A DNA stretch of 64,000 nt from Patescibacteria group bacterium (GTDB lineage: Bacteria > Patescibacteriota > Microgenomatia > Levybacterales > GWA1-39-11). Of the stretch, positions 39,241 through 49,719 are shown in pieces. A program made the translations under genes and the position numbers. Under the pieces are notes generated by a model. That model ran no database searches. It was not told the origin of the DNA and worked only from the letters and a program-made list of their open reading frames with translations. How positions within the stretch are numbered: position 1 is the first letter of the stretch; every line of letters starts with the position of its first letter. The stretch spans positions 4,514 to 68,513 of the forward strand of contig DASZRC010000027.1 of the NCBI GenBank assembly GCA_035549315.1, written 5' to 3'.

Positions 39241-39921
39241 CTATCCTACAGCAACCGGCTCTTGGGGATGATGCTTGTCATATACTCCCATTATTTCTTC
39301 TAATTTTTCTTTTGCCTCTGTCATTAGCTGGTCATCCGGATTAGCCAATAAAGTTTTGTAATTTTTCCTCATATCAGAAAGCATTTCATCAAGTTCTTCA
39401 ACCCTTGTTGAGTGATTTTCTACAACATAGTAAACAAAGTTGCTATGATATGGGTCATTCTGTGCCGTTAACTCTTCTCCTGGTTTTAAAGGCGTGCGTG
39501 GCCTTCCGCCTTTTTCAACAAGAAAATAATGGTCCCGTCTTATAAAATCTGCAATAAGATCTCTAACCAAAAGCTTTTTATCTATGGGACTATTTGTAAC
39601 TTCTTGATAAAAAGTAGCTACCGCTCCGCTGAAATCTTCCCCAACGCTACCCTGAGTTAAAATCATTCCGGCTTTGTTTTCTCTAGGATGATTACCGGAC
39701 AAAACTACATTTGCCATCTTTCCCTCAAGGGCAGAATCCAACCCGACGTCTTCCACTAGTTCGTCTGTCATAACCCAATCAGGCCTAATACTTTTTGCAT
39801 ATGAAAACATTTTTCTTTGAGCAAGCTTATCTCCTTGAGAAAGCGGGAATGTTGCAAAAACAATTGCTTTTGCTTTATCTGCTGTGAGTGGGGGATATTG
39901 CCCTGGCTTCTCTTCTTCCAT
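39241..39921 (-). CDS. Hypothetical protein
   Basis: 226 aa; TAGAAT box upstream. Confidence 0.65.
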   Translation of the reverse strand: MEEEKPGQYPPLTADKAKAIVFATFPLSQGDKLAQRKMFSYAKSIRPDWVMTDELVEDVGLDSALEGKMANVVLSGNHPRENKAGMILTQGSVGEDFSGAVATFYQEVTNSPIDKKLLVRDLIADFIRRDHYFLVEKGGRPRTPLKPGEELTAQNDPYHSNFVYYVVENHSTRVEELDEMLSDMRKNYKTLLANPDDQLMTEAKEKLEEIMGVYDKHHPQEPVAVG

Positions 39922-40216
39922 AATTTATATATTCTACCACGGGTACGCAATTACATTTTCTTACAATTTTCATACGTTGATAAATTGCTTAAAAATTGGT
40001 CAAAAAAACGTTAAAATGCTTACTTTGAACCTGAATTGCTAGCTAATTTCCCTTTTATAACCCTACGTGTTACACTAAATATCTCCTGATTTTATTCTTA
40101 CAATTCTTTAACCTGACTAAGGTTTAATGCTTTATTAGGTCCTAGCCTCGGCTTGACCCATACAATTGGTTTTATTAAACAATTCAAAATATTTTTTGGA
40201 GGAGGAATTTTAAAAG

Positions 40217-43200
40217 ATGCAGAAGAAAAAGAAAACATTAAACAGAAAAAACTTACAAAACCCTGAGTTTTATGGACTCCCAAAGTACACACAATTTTTC
40301 TACACTCTCCTGTCTCTAATTTTTGTTTTCGGCTTTGCTCTCTGGTGGTTTCAACCAAACCATATACCTTTTAACTTTGCCGGAGAACTCCGTTTTATAG
40401 ATATTCTCTTATTTCTAACCGTAAGCTACATTATCTGGCAACCAATAACAATGGATATTTTGACATGGGCAATTTCATCCAACATAAAAGATATTCGTCA
40501 CCAAAAACCGACCGCCGGATCAAAAGTAGCTTTTATAACAACCATAGTTCCTGCTAGTGAATCACTAGATTTACTACATAAATGTTTACCTGCTATGGTA
40601 GATGCGTCATACCCGCATGACACTTGGCTTTTAGATGAAGGGGATAGCGCTGAAGTAAAAGAAATTTGTAGAAAATATGGTGTCCACTATTTTACAAGAC
40701 ATGGCAGGGAAGAATTTAACACCCCAAATGGAAAGTTCACCAAAACAAAAGGCGGAAACCACAATTCTTGGTATGAAGTCTATGGAGATAATTATGATTT
40801 TGTTGCCCAGATTGATACAGACTTTGTCCCCAAAAAAACTTTTCTCACAAAAACATTAGGATACTTTAGGGATCCAAAAGTTGCTTTTGTTGGTACTCCA
40901 CAAATATATGGAAATACAGATGAGTCAATAATTGCAAGAGGAGCAGCGGAACAACTTTATACATTCTACGGATCTGTTTTAAAAGGATTAAGTAGTATGA
41001 AGATGACTCTACTTATTGGGGCAAACCATATTATTAGAGTTGCAGCCTTACGTAATGTTAATCACTATAGTGCACATATAACTGAAGATTTAATAACGGG
41101 AATGAAACTCCATGCCAACGGTTGGGAGAGCGTTTACATTTCAGAACCTCTTGCAGTTGGGGAGGGCCCATCAACCTGGGAGGCATATTTTAGTCAACAA
41201 ATGCGTTGGGCGTATGGATGTATGGATATATTTTTCCACCACAGCCCAAAACTATTTAAAAGAATGGGGCTAAGAAGAACAGTATATTATTTCTTTCTCC
41301 AACAACATTATTTTACAGGACTTGCCATGGCGCTAAGTATAATTTTGATAAGTCTTTATTTTTTCCTAGGACTTAGGGCAGCAAATGTAGACCTCTACAA
41401 ATTTTTTGGGCTCTACTCCGTAACCCTCATAATTTGTTGGCTAATGTCTGTTTTCCTACAAAGGTTCAACGTATATAGAAAAAGTGAAGGGGAAATGCTA
41501 GTTGCCGGAAAACTTATTAGTATTGCGGCATGGCCCGTTTGGTTCTTGGCATTTATAAGTTTGGTTACCGGTAAAAAATTATCATACAAAGTTACTCCAA
41601 AAGGGGAAAATGACGCAAAACCAAAAAGGTCCTTTAAAATTTTTATTCCCCATATAACACTGGGGTTAATAACATTGGCAGGACTTCTTTATTCTATTTT
41701 CATAGGAAGACAAAACATTGGAATGGTTTTCTGGGCAAGTGTTTCTATTATTCTTATGTTTAGTGTTCCATTTACCCAAGAAATAGATGATTTTACAAAG
41801 AAAGCGCAGAAAATTATGGTAAGGGTAGGTTTTAAACTTTATAAAATAATAAGAAAAATTGATAGCAAACTTACACCGGAATTATTTAAATCAAGCGAGG
41901 AAAATGATGTCAAAAGGGTTAAAAAAATTGCCCCAAGAAAAAGATATCTTAATGATTATGTTTTTCTAACTCTTGTAGTAATTATTTCATCTGTTCTCTA
42001 TATAAATAAGATTTCATTTTATAGTGATGACTGGTCATTCTTGGGAAACTTTAGTTTGTCACAAAACCATTCACTACTTGGATTATTCCAAACAGCAACA
42101 ACACCAAATACATTAATGCGCCCCGTCCAAAATTTTTATGAAGCGCTTCTATATTGGTCTTTTGGAACATCACCTCTTGGCTACCAACTGGTAAATTTGG
42201 GAATATTTATTGGAATAGTTGTATTTTTCTATACCGTTCTAAGGCAGCTCAAAGTACCAAGACTTTTATCCGTTGCGATTCCCCTTGTCTATGTACTGCT
42301 CCCCAATTATTCAACAGACAGATTTTGGTTTGCGGTACATCAAGCAAACCTTAGCGTACTATTTTATTTTATAAGCCTTTTTGCTGCTTTAAAATCCGTA
42401 TCACGTTTTACACTTAGAAAAAGTCTATGGAAAGTAATTAGTATAGTGGCCCTTTTATTAAGCGTATTAAGTTATGAAGTTGTTATTCCATTATTTGTAA
42501 TAAACTTATTTATTTTGTGGAACCCATACAATCTTTTCTTAAGAATTGTTTATGGGAAAAGACGGTCAAATATGGTTTTTATAAGCGTAATCTCCATATT
42601 TCTTCTTTATACCTTGGTCTTCAAAGCACTTACAACAAGGCGCCTTACCGGAGGCATTGACATAAACTACATCCTACATGTTTTGGGATCTGCGATACAT
42701 GTAAATTACGGTTCTTGGTTTATTAACCTACCATACATATGGGGAGAAATAATTTCTGCCCATACCGATCCAATTCTTCTTGCACTAACCGGAATAATGT
42801 ATGTTTTTATTTTCTATCATTTATATTCCCTTGCATCAGACCCCGATTTTAAATTCCCTACAATTTCTGCAATGAAAACTCTAACACTTTCTAGTTTTGT
42901 TATTTTCTTTTTGGGATATGCAATTTTTTTCACAAACAACCAAGTTGGATTTTCTCCAACGGGGGTTGAGAATAGAGTTGCTATTGCAGCAGCCATTGGA
43001 GTGGCTATGACTTTTGTTGGGCTATCCGGATGGTTAAGTAAAATATTTTTGCCGGAAAAAGCAGCAAAGGTAATGTTTTGCATTATTCTATCTTTGATAT
43101 GCGCCGGAAGTTTTTTGACCGTTAATACAATTGCATCTTTTTGGGCCGATGCAGGATCCAAGAGCACCAAAGTTCTTGCCGACATACATAAAGAATTTCC

Positions 43201-43570
43201 TACTGTGAACAATAAAAGTACAATACTTCTTGATGGAGTGTGTCCATATGTTGGACCGGCACCGGTTTTTGAAGCAGATTGGGATCTTAAAGGAGCACTG
43301 GAAACATATTACCTCAAACCATTGAATGCAGATATTGTGACGCCTCGCCTAAAGGTAAAAGACAATAGCATAACAACTACTATTTATACATTCACCACAA
43401 GCTATCCTTATAAAAACATGTACATCTACAATTACAAAACCAAACAAATTTTCAAAATTAATGATGCTGACGATGCGCATGCATACTTTAATACGTACAA
43501 CAATGACCTAAATAATGGCTGTCCCAATGCAGAGGCCGGAAAGGGTGTGGCTATCTTTAAATTTATATGA
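40217..43570 (+). CDS. Cellulose-synthase-like GT2 fused to a polytopic GT-C-like membrane domain
   Basis: LLDEG, TKGGNHN, QIDTDF, ITED and QQMRW in the first half. The second half begins with TM-FYSDDW…LMRP and has many TM segments. Confidence 0.85.
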   Translation: MQKKKKTLNRKNLQNPEFYGLPKYTQFFYTLLSLIFVFGFALWWFQPNHIPFNFAGELRFIDILLFLTVSYIIWQPITMDILTWAISSNIKDIRHQKPTAGSKVAFITTIVPASESLDLLHKCLPAMVDASYPHDTWLLDEGDSAEVKEICRKYGVHYFTRHGREEFNTPNGKFTKTKGGNHNSWYEVYGDNYDFVAQIDTDFVPKKTFLTKTLGYFRDPKVAFVGTPQIYGNTDESIIARGAAEQLYTFYGSVLKGLSSMKMTLLIGANHIIRVAALRNVNHYSAHITEDLITGMKLHANGWESVYISEPLAVGEGPSTWEAYFSQQMRWAYGCMDIFFHHSPKLFKRMGLRRTVYYFFLQQHYFTGLAMALSIILISLYFFLGLRAANVDLYKFFGLYSVTLIICWLMSVFLQRFNVYRKSEGEMLVAGKLISIAAWPVWFLAFISLVTGKKLSYKVTPKGENDAKPKRSFKIFIPHITLGLITLAGLLYSIFIGRQNIGMVFWASVSIILMFSVPFTQEIDDFTKKAQKIMVRVGFKLYKIIRKIDSKLTPELFKSSEENDVKRVKKIAPRKRYLNDYVFLTLVVIISSVLYINKISFYSDDWSFLGNFSLSQNHSLLGLFQTATTPNTLMRPVQNFYEALLYWSFGTSPLGYQLVNLGIFIGIVVFFYTVLRQLKVPRLLSVAIPLVYVLLPNYSTDRFWFAVHQANLSVLFYFISLFAALKSVSRFTLRKSLWKVISIVALLLSVLSYEVVIPLFVINLFILWNPYNLFLRIVYGKRRSNMVFISVISIFLLYTLVFKALTTRRLTGGIDINYILHVLGSAIHVNYGSWFINLPYIWGEIISAHTDPILLALTGIMYVFIFYHLYSLASDPDFKFPTISAMKTLTLSSFVIFFLGYAIFFTNNQVGFSPTGVENRVAIAAAIGVAMTFVGLSGWLSKIFLPEKAAKVMFCIILSLICAGSFLTVNTIASFWADAGSKSTKVLADIHKEFPTVNNKSTILLDGVCPYVGPAPVFEADWDLKGALETYYLKPLNADIVTPRLKVKDNSITTTIYTFTTSYPYKNMYIYNYKTKQIFKINDADDAHAYFNTYNNDLNNGCPNAEAGKGVAIFKFI

Positions 43571-44550
43571 TACCTAAAGTTATTTTTATTTTTATCACTA
43601 TTGTTTTGATATTAGGTGGCAGTTATACACTGCTTAATAACCACCCGCATCAAGAAATTTTACTTGGTGCTTGGACACAAGGATTTTATGATGCAAACCA
43701 GAAAAAGTTAAACCCTCAAAAACTTTTAGACTTTGAGTCTTTAACAAAGAAAAAATATTCTATAGCCCATTATTACAGAGGATGGGAATCTTTTATTGAT
43801 CCCACTCTTGTTAAAGAATTTAGTTTACTAAGAAAAAACGGATGGACCCCAATGCTTAGCTCTAACCCATATTATTTTTCTGATTGTCCCGTGCAAACTG
43901 AATCAATATACAAAAGCATTGCAGAAGGTAAGTGTGACGAGTTTTTAAATAAAGCCGGGGAAAATTTAAAGAAAATTAACAAACCGTTTTATTTGGCTTT
44001 TGCTTGGGAAATGAATAACAAAGATCTTGAATGGAGTGTTCCTTATACAGGGAGCTCTCCACAAGATTTTGTAGATGCATGGCGCCACATTCATGATATG
44101 TTTGAAAAACACGGAGCAAAAAATATACTCTGGGTATTTTGTCCAAATATTCCGGATGTTCCCCACCCGTCCTATAAAGACCTTTATCCCGGCGACAAAT
44201 ACGTAGACTGGACTTGTTTAGATGGATACAACTGGGGGACAACTCAAAGTTGGAGCAAATGGACAAGCTTTACAGACATTTTTGGTTCCTCCTATCAAAC
44301 CATTTCAGACATAGCTCCGGGCAAACCATTAATGATTGGGGAAGTAAACACAACAGATGTTGGCGGAAACAAAGCGGGTTGGTACGGGGATGCATTTAGG
44401 GATATTCCCTACAATTTTCCAAACATAAAAGCTGTTGTTATTTTTAATGAAGATAAAAGCAAACAGGAAAATGTTAATTGGAGAGTTGATGTCTCAAAAG
44501 ATTCTTTGAATTCTTATATATCTGCAATTAAACCTGCGATTTATAAATAG
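43567..44550 (+). CDS. Exported GH26 glycoside hydrolase (beta-mannanase-like)
   Basis: Signal/TM; FAWEMN, AWRHIHD, WVFCPN, YPGDKYVDW..LDGYN, KPLMIGE. Confidence 0.88.
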   Translation: MIPKVIFIFITIVLILGGSYTLLNNHPHQEILLGAWTQGFYDANQKKLNPQKLLDFESLTKKKYSIAHYYRGWESFIDPTLVKEFSLLRKNGWTPMLSSNPYYFSDCPVQTESIYKSIAEGKCDEFLNKAGENLKKINKPFYLAFAWEMNNKDLEWSVPYTGSSPQDFVDAWRHIHDMFEKHGAKNILWVFCPNIPDVPHPSYKDLYPGDKYVDWTCLDGYNWGTTQSWSKWTSFTDIFGSSYQTISDIAPGKPLMIGEVNTTDVGGNKAGWYGDAFRDIPYNFPNIKAVVIFNEDKSKQENVNWRVDVSKDSLNSYISAIKPAIYK

Positions 44551-44561
44551 GTTTTTTAAAT

Positions 44562-47420
44562 ATGAATATTCTGTCCTATTACAAAATTATGGAATTTGAT
44601 ACGGCAAGAACGCCTCCGTTACCGTCTGCTCCCACAGATCAAGAAAAATATATGTACCTTAAAAGGGGTAATAGATCTCTTATCTTTTTTTCAATAATAA
44701 GCTTTATTGGAATTTATATTAGTCTGTTTGATTTTCTTGGTAATCACACAGCACTTTGGCCACTGTATGTGTACCTTGTTCTTACCGGAATTTATTTTGT
44801 AGATTCTATTATTGTTAATTTCTTCTCAAAAGATTTTGACATTAAAAAACATAAATATCTGGTTAATAAATGGTCCAAGGGTCTTGATAGAAGGGTTGAT
44901 GTTTTTCTGCCAACAGCCGGAGAAGATATATCCATATTACAAAACACGTGGAATGGAATATTAGACATGACCAAAAACTTTGGCGGGAAAATCCAAGTCT
45001 ATTGTCTTGATGACTCAGCAAGAACGGAAGTCAAAACTCTGGCAGAAATATATGGATTCAATTACATAGTCAGACCAAAAAGAGGATGGTTTAAAAAATC
45101 CGGAAACCTGCGATATGGGTACAAAGTTTCTAATGGAGAATTTATTGCAATTTTTGATGCAGACTTTAAACCAAGGGCAGACTTTTTGAATGAACTTTTA
45201 CCTTACTTACTTGAATATAAAGATGTAGGACTAGTCCAATCCCCGCAATATTTTGATGTAAACAAAAATCAGAATTGGCTGCAAAGGGGCGCAGGAGAAG
45301 TACAAGAATTATTTTATAGAATGTGCCAAGTTTCTCGCCAAAGCCACAACGCCTCAATTTGCGTTGGCTCAAATGCATTGTATAGAAGAGACGCACTTGC
45401 AGAATCCGGAGGGACAGCGCTTATTCAACACTCAGAAGATGTACATACCGGTTTCAACATGAGAATGAAGGGATGGACGATACAATATATCCCAATAGTT
45501 CTTGCCAAAGGCCTTTGTCCTGACGACATGGTCTCTTTCTTCAAACAACAATACAGGTGGTGCATGGGGTCAATGACACTTTTGTCCTCTCATAAATTTT
45601 GGCATACCAAAATTTCATTAAAGGCTCGCCTCTCATATTTCTCCGGATTTTTATATTATATTCATACTGCAATTAGTTCTTTTATAGCGCCAATTATTCC
45701 GCTAACCGTCCTAATCTTTTTCCCGGAAAAAGTTTATTGGGGAACATATCTCTATATTCTTCCTTCAATAATATTTATACAAATCATTTATCCTCTTTGG
45801 CACAGAGCCGTTTATGGCATTGAAGCTTGGTCAACCAGAATTGTTTATGGATGGGCTCATCTATATGCAATTTTTGACGGAATAACAAAGGACGCAATGT
45901 CATGGCAGCCAACCGGAACAAAAAGTAAAGCAGACCCCAAGTATTTTAGATTTAGACTGTTACAAATAATTTTTAATTTATTACCCTCTATTGTTTGGGT
46001 TTATCTTGCAGCCCGCCAGGTAATTGTCTACAACAACTTTGTTTTTATTCCAATATTATTAAGCGGAATTTATTACTACCTAATATGTGCAAAGATTAGT
46101 TTCTTTGTTTCCAACAGCAGACTAAATTTTGGTGATTTATTTTCTGCAAATATCAAAAGCGTGTCAAAACAAATTGTAATTGCTATGCCGTTATTAATAT
46201 TAGTTTCTCTGGGGGTATTACTTTTTAATGCCAACTCTTTGAATATTAAATTTAATTTCTACCAGAGCAAACCAATAGTAAGCGGGGTTAGCCAAAAGAA
46301 GACTTCTATTAAAAATGCTTATGCAAATAACACATTGATTCAGAGTGTTAATAATGATGAGATATTATTAAAGACGTGGACATATTACAAAGATAATTTT
46401 GTTACAGAAAATGGCCAAAGCATTGACCCTGATAGACAATACAAAACAACTTCTGAAGGACAATCATACATACTGCTAAGAAGTGTGATAATAAATGATA
46501 AAGATACGTTTGAAAAATCCTGGAGCTGGACAAAAGAAAATCTTCAGCACAAACAAAATGATAAACTTTTTTCTTGGTTATGGGGAGGAGCAACTCCTGC
46601 AAAAGAAAAAGTTATCTATAAAGAAAACGCAACAGACGCAGATGAAGATATTGCATTGGCTTTAATACTTGCATCATACAAATGGAACAATAAGGAATAT
46701 TTAGCGGAAGCAAAGGCAATAATTTCTGACATATGGAAATTTAATGTTGTTAAACAAAACACCAGATATTATTTATTGGGAGGATCACAATTTAATAAAC
46801 CCCAAGGATTTGTTATAAACCCATCCTACATCTCTCCTGCCTCGTACAAAATATTCTCCGCTGTTGATAAAGATCATCCTTGGAAAAATCTGGCAAAAGA
46901 TTCATATTACTTACTCCAAAAAATTAATCTAGATACCCCCAATACGGTTGGTCTTCCTCCAAATTGGATATTGTTAAGTAGGTCCGGAAAAATTACCAAA
47001 GCAACAATTTTTGTTACCGGCAACTCTGACATGTACGGCTATGATGCATTTAGGACTTTTTGGAGAGTAGCGCTTGACGCAAATTGGTTTGACAACAAAG
47101 AAGCAAAAGATTATCTAAGTATTGCAGAAATATTTTTTGGAGAAAAATGGAATAAGGATAAAAAGATAAATGCAGTATATACTACAGATGGAAAAGTAAT
47201 AGATAGTAAACAAAGTGTTAGCACCTATACCGGCCCACTTTCTGTATTTAGCATAAGGGACAAAAAGATAGCGGATGAAATTTACAAAGACTACTATAAT
47301 AAGCAGCTAAACCATGATGGATACTGGGGAAACGGAAAAAATTATTATGACCAAAACTGGGCTTGGTTTGCAACTGCTTTGTATTCCGGCAATATAAAAC
47401 TTCCAAAAAACTTACCCTAA
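44562..47420 (+). CDS. Cellulose-synthase-like GT2 fused to a C-terminal GH8 endoglucanase (BcsZ-like)
   Basis: VDVFLPTAGE, CLDDS, KSGNL, FDADF, HSED and QQYRW; then TTSEGQSY, ATDADEDIA, NPSY and YDAFR. Confidence 0.9.
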   Translation: MNILSYYKIMEFDTARTPPLPSAPTDQEKYMYLKRGNRSLIFFSIISFIGIYISLFDFLGNHTALWPLYVYLVLTGIYFVDSIIVNFFSKDFDIKKHKYLVNKWSKGLDRRVDVFLPTAGEDISILQNTWNGILDMTKNFGGKIQVYCLDDSARTEVKTLAEIYGFNYIVRPKRGWFKKSGNLRYGYKVSNGEFIAIFDADFKPRADFLNELLPYLLEYKDVGLVQSPQYFDVNKNQNWLQRGAGEVQELFYRMCQVSRQSHNASICVGSNALYRRDALAESGGTALIQHSEDVHTGFNMRMKGWTIQYIPIVLAKGLCPDDMVSFFKQQYRWCMGSMTLLSSHKFWHTKISLKARLSYFSGFLYYIHTAISSFIAPIIPLTVLIFFPEKVYWGTYLYILPSIIFIQIIYPLWHRAVYGIEAWSTRIVYGWAHLYAIFDGITKDAMSWQPTGTKSKADPKYFRFRLLQIIFNLLPSIVWVYLAARQVIVYNNFVFIPILLSGIYYYLICAKISFFVSNSRLNFGDLFSANIKSVSKQIVIAMPLLILVSLGVLLFNANSLNIKFNFYQSKPIVSGVSQKKTSIKNAYANNTLIQSVNNDEILLKTWTYYKDNFVTENGQSIDPDRQYKTTSEGQSYILLRSVIINDKDTFEKSWSWTKENLQHKQNDKLFSWLWGGATPAKEKVIYKENATDADEDIALALILASYKWNNKEYLAEAKAIISDIWKFNVVKQNTRYYLLGGSQFNKPQGFVINPSYISPASYKIFSAVDKDHPWKNLAKDSYYLLQKINLDTPNTVGLPPNWILLSRSGKITKATIFVTGNSDMYGYDAFRTFWRVALDANWFDNKEAKDYLSIAEIFFGEKWNKDKKINAVYTTDGKVIDSKQSVSTYTGPLSVFSIRDKKIADEIYKDYYNKQLNHDGYWGNGKNYYDQNWAWFATALYSGNIKLPKNLP

Positions 47421-47473
47421 CTTAGGCTTATAATATTTGACTTTCTAATCAATTCTGGATATGATTCCATGAT

Positions 47474-47587
47474 ATGGTATTAAGAGAAGGGGTCGAGGTC
47501 ACAGATGACGATCGTGACTGGGTTGATAAAATAACCGGACATATTAAAACTCCAGCTTTTGAGGAAGATGCATATACAAACTTCTAA
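47474..47587 (+). CDS. Possible small protein or gene remnant (37 aa)
   Basis: MVLREGVEVTDDDRDWVDKITGHIK…; TATGAT box just upstream. Confidence 0.3.
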   Translation: MVLREGVEVTDDDRDWVDKITGHIKTPAFEEDAYTNF

Positions 47588-48297
47588 ACTTTAGCGGCAA
47601 TAACTTCCACTACATTAGATGTATGAGGACTAATCATGGATCTACCAAAGTCTTGATAAAGTCTTTCGTCATGCTGCAAAATATCCTCAATCTCAAATCC
47701 GGATGCTTTAAGATGTGATGTAATAGAGCCAGCTGAATGAAAATACCTATTTATCATATTAGAATAATCTAGGGATCCGTCTGGTTTTGTAAAGGGATAG
47801 CTAGTCATACTAGTTTTGTCGTCATAAGTTGCACCTGGTAAAGTTCGTTCAGGATCATCCAAGGATCTTACAACAACAAACATTTTGTGGCCTTTTTTTA
47901 GAACCCTATGCAACTCTTTTAGCGAAGCGTCAAGCTTATCCTTTGGCAAATAGTGAAGAAGAAGTCTTGCGTAGATATAATCAAAGCTTTCATCGACGTA
48001 TGGTAAAGGCTCAGAAACGTCTTCTTTTTTAATCTTTATTCTATCTTCCAAACCCGCTACCCTAACAATATCAACAACCCCATCTATTCCCTTATCATCA
48101 ATGCTAGTTGCAGTAATAATTCTTTCCTTGTTACCCAAAGCCATTTTTAACTCTGCTATACCTCCCGTACTTATTCCAGGACTATAAACGCTCAAGTCTG
48201 AATCGGTAAGCAAATTCAATCCTCGCCTTTCACTCTCGGAAAACTTCTCTTGAGAAAGAATATCTTTTATTTGAATCGGGAGATTTTCCAATGTCAT
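47584..48297 (-). CDS. Class I SAM-dependent methyltransferase
   Basis: LPYVDESFDYIYARLLLHY and ELHRVLKKG; atypical motif I (SPGISTGG). Confidence 0.8.
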   Translation of the reverse strand: MTLENLPIQIKDILSQEKFSESERRGLNLLTDSDLSVYSPGISTGGIAELKMALGNKERIITATSIDDKGIDGVVDIVRVAGLEDRIKIKKEDVSEPLPYVDESFDYIYARLLLHYLPKDKLDASLKELHRVLKKGHKMFVVVRSLDDPERTLPGATYDDKTSMTSYPFTKPDGSLDYSNMINRYFHSAGSITSHLKASGFEIEDILQHDERLYQDFGRSMISPHTSNVVEVIAAKV

Positions 48298-48330
48298 ATT
48301 TATGATTCTACAACTTATCGCAAGTAATAA

Positions 48331-48735
48331 CTATCTATCCTTTATCCGATAGACAAATTTTAAACCTGAATAGATATCATTTATTGCTGCAACTTTTACA
48401 TCTACCAAGCCGTTTTTAAGACCTATTCCCCGAATTATATTTTCATCAAGATCTGTAACAACGCCAGATGTTTTTTTGGGCCAAGATACCCAAAGAGCAC
48501 CATCTTTTTTGAGATGAACAAAAGCTTGTCTAAATAGAGTCTCTAGATCCTCTTTTGACTTAGAAAATATGTGTATGTAGTCAAAATTTCCATCCAATTT
48601 GTTTTTAGCCACTATATAATAAGGAAGCTCACCCAGGGATTCTTTAAAATCGCTAGGCTCGTTGATAAATATAACTCGGGAATTTTCTTTTATCCCAAGC
48701 TTTTTATAAAGTGGAGTACTTGAATAGCCAGTCAT
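48331..48735 (-). CDS. DUF3052-family protein
   Basis: MTGYSSTPLYKKLGIK, LWVSWPKK, GLVDVKVAA. Confidence 0.8.
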   Translation of the reverse strand: MTGYSSTPLYKKLGIKENSRVIFINEPSDFKESLGELPYYIVAKNKLDGNFDYIHIFSKSKEDLETLFRQAFVHLKKDGALWVSWPKKTSGVVTDLDENIIRGIGLKNGLVDVKVAAINDIYSGLKFVYRIKDR

Positions 48736-48743
48736 AAGCCTGT

Positions 48744-48771
48744 TCTTAGATATTAGATCTTGGATCTTAGA
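48744..48771. repeat. Degenerate heptamer run (TCTTAGA-type)
   Basis: TCTTAGA TATTAGA TCTTGGA TCTTAGA; same type as 62702-62729. Confidence 0.7.
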
Positions 48772-48841
48772 TTTATATAAAAGATATAAGCAATTGTAGC
48801 ATAATTGCATTTTAGGAAAAAAAGGCTATAATTCGAGAAAT

Positions 48842-49126
48842 ATGAGTAGATGGCCAGAAACTCCTAATTATCAAGGTGATGGTTTTTTTGTAGACGGGGG
48901 ACCTATTAAGCTTAGCAATGGAGAAAAAGCGGCTATGCTTTTTACTGCTGCCCTTATTACTACTATTGCCGTTCTTTCTAGTGGAGACAAAAAGACAGGA
49001 ACCGTTCAAGATGTTCCCTTTAACCAAAAACCGGACTATAAGCAACTCCACAAAGTTCTTGAACAATCCGAAATAAAATTAGTACCCTACCAACCGTCTG
49101 GAATAAATACTCCCCACGCTAGATAA
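48842..49126 (+). CDS. Small single-TM hypothetical protein
   Basis: TATAAT upstream; one hydrophobic segment. Confidence 0.55.
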   Translation: MSRWPETPNYQGDGFFVDGGPIKLSNGEKAAMLFTAALITTIAVLSSGDKKTGTVQDVPFNQKPDYKQLHKVLEQSEIKLVPYQPSGINTPHAR

Positions 49127-49158
49127 TTTTATTACTTTTAATTTGCTATACTTAACTC

Positions 49159-49716
49159 ATGGAATGGAAATCTTATAGATATAAAAATATAACTTTTTTA
49201 ATACTCACCTTTTTACTTTCCTTAACCTTAGGAAGTTTTGGACCATTTCATGATCTTCTTATTTGGGCCGGGTATTCTGCTGCTTTTATTGCCGGGGTTT
49301 TCTTTATTTCAACTTTCACTGCGCCTATTTCTGCTGCCGCCTTACTAATTTTGGCGGAGTATTATTCTTTACCCGGAATTGGGCTTGCTGCAATTTTTGG
49401 TGCAATGGTAAGTGATTACTTTTTCTTTAGCTTTACAAAAGATAATTTAGGACGTGAAATAGAACCAATTTATGAAGGTCTTGCCGGAAACCATTTTGAT
49501 AAAGTTATAAGTACAAAACATTTTAGATGGATGTTTCCGGTAATTGGGGCTTTAATTATTTTGTCCCCACTTCCAAAAGATCCGGGGCTTAACATGATGG
49601 GAATTCCAAAACTAAAAAAATCTCAGTTTGTATTAATGTCTATGGGGATGAATATTGTAGGAATCGCTTTTATCCTACTGCTATCTTTTGTCATCAAACC
49701 AACTCCAATAATATAG
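49159..49716 (+). CDS. Polytopic membrane protein (DedA/VTT-like)
   Basis: About 5 TM segments; GAMVSDY and SPLP.D.G motifs. Confidence 0.7.
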   Translation: MEWKSYRYKNITFLILTFLLSLTLGSFGPFHDLLIWAGYSAAFIAGVFFISTFTAPISAAALLILAEYYSLPGIGLAAIFGAMVSDYFFFSFTKDNLGREIEPIYEGLAGNHFDKVISTKHFRWMFPVIGALIILSPLPKDPGLNMMGIPKLKKSQFVLMSMGMNIVGIAFILLLSFVIKPTPII

Positions 49717-49719
49717 ATC

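Noticed and set aside
32905-39921. Prophage or DGR interpretation of the co-oriented orphan genes
   Set aside because: No phage structural, integrase or reverse-transcriptase motifs, and differences between paralogs are not adenine-specific.
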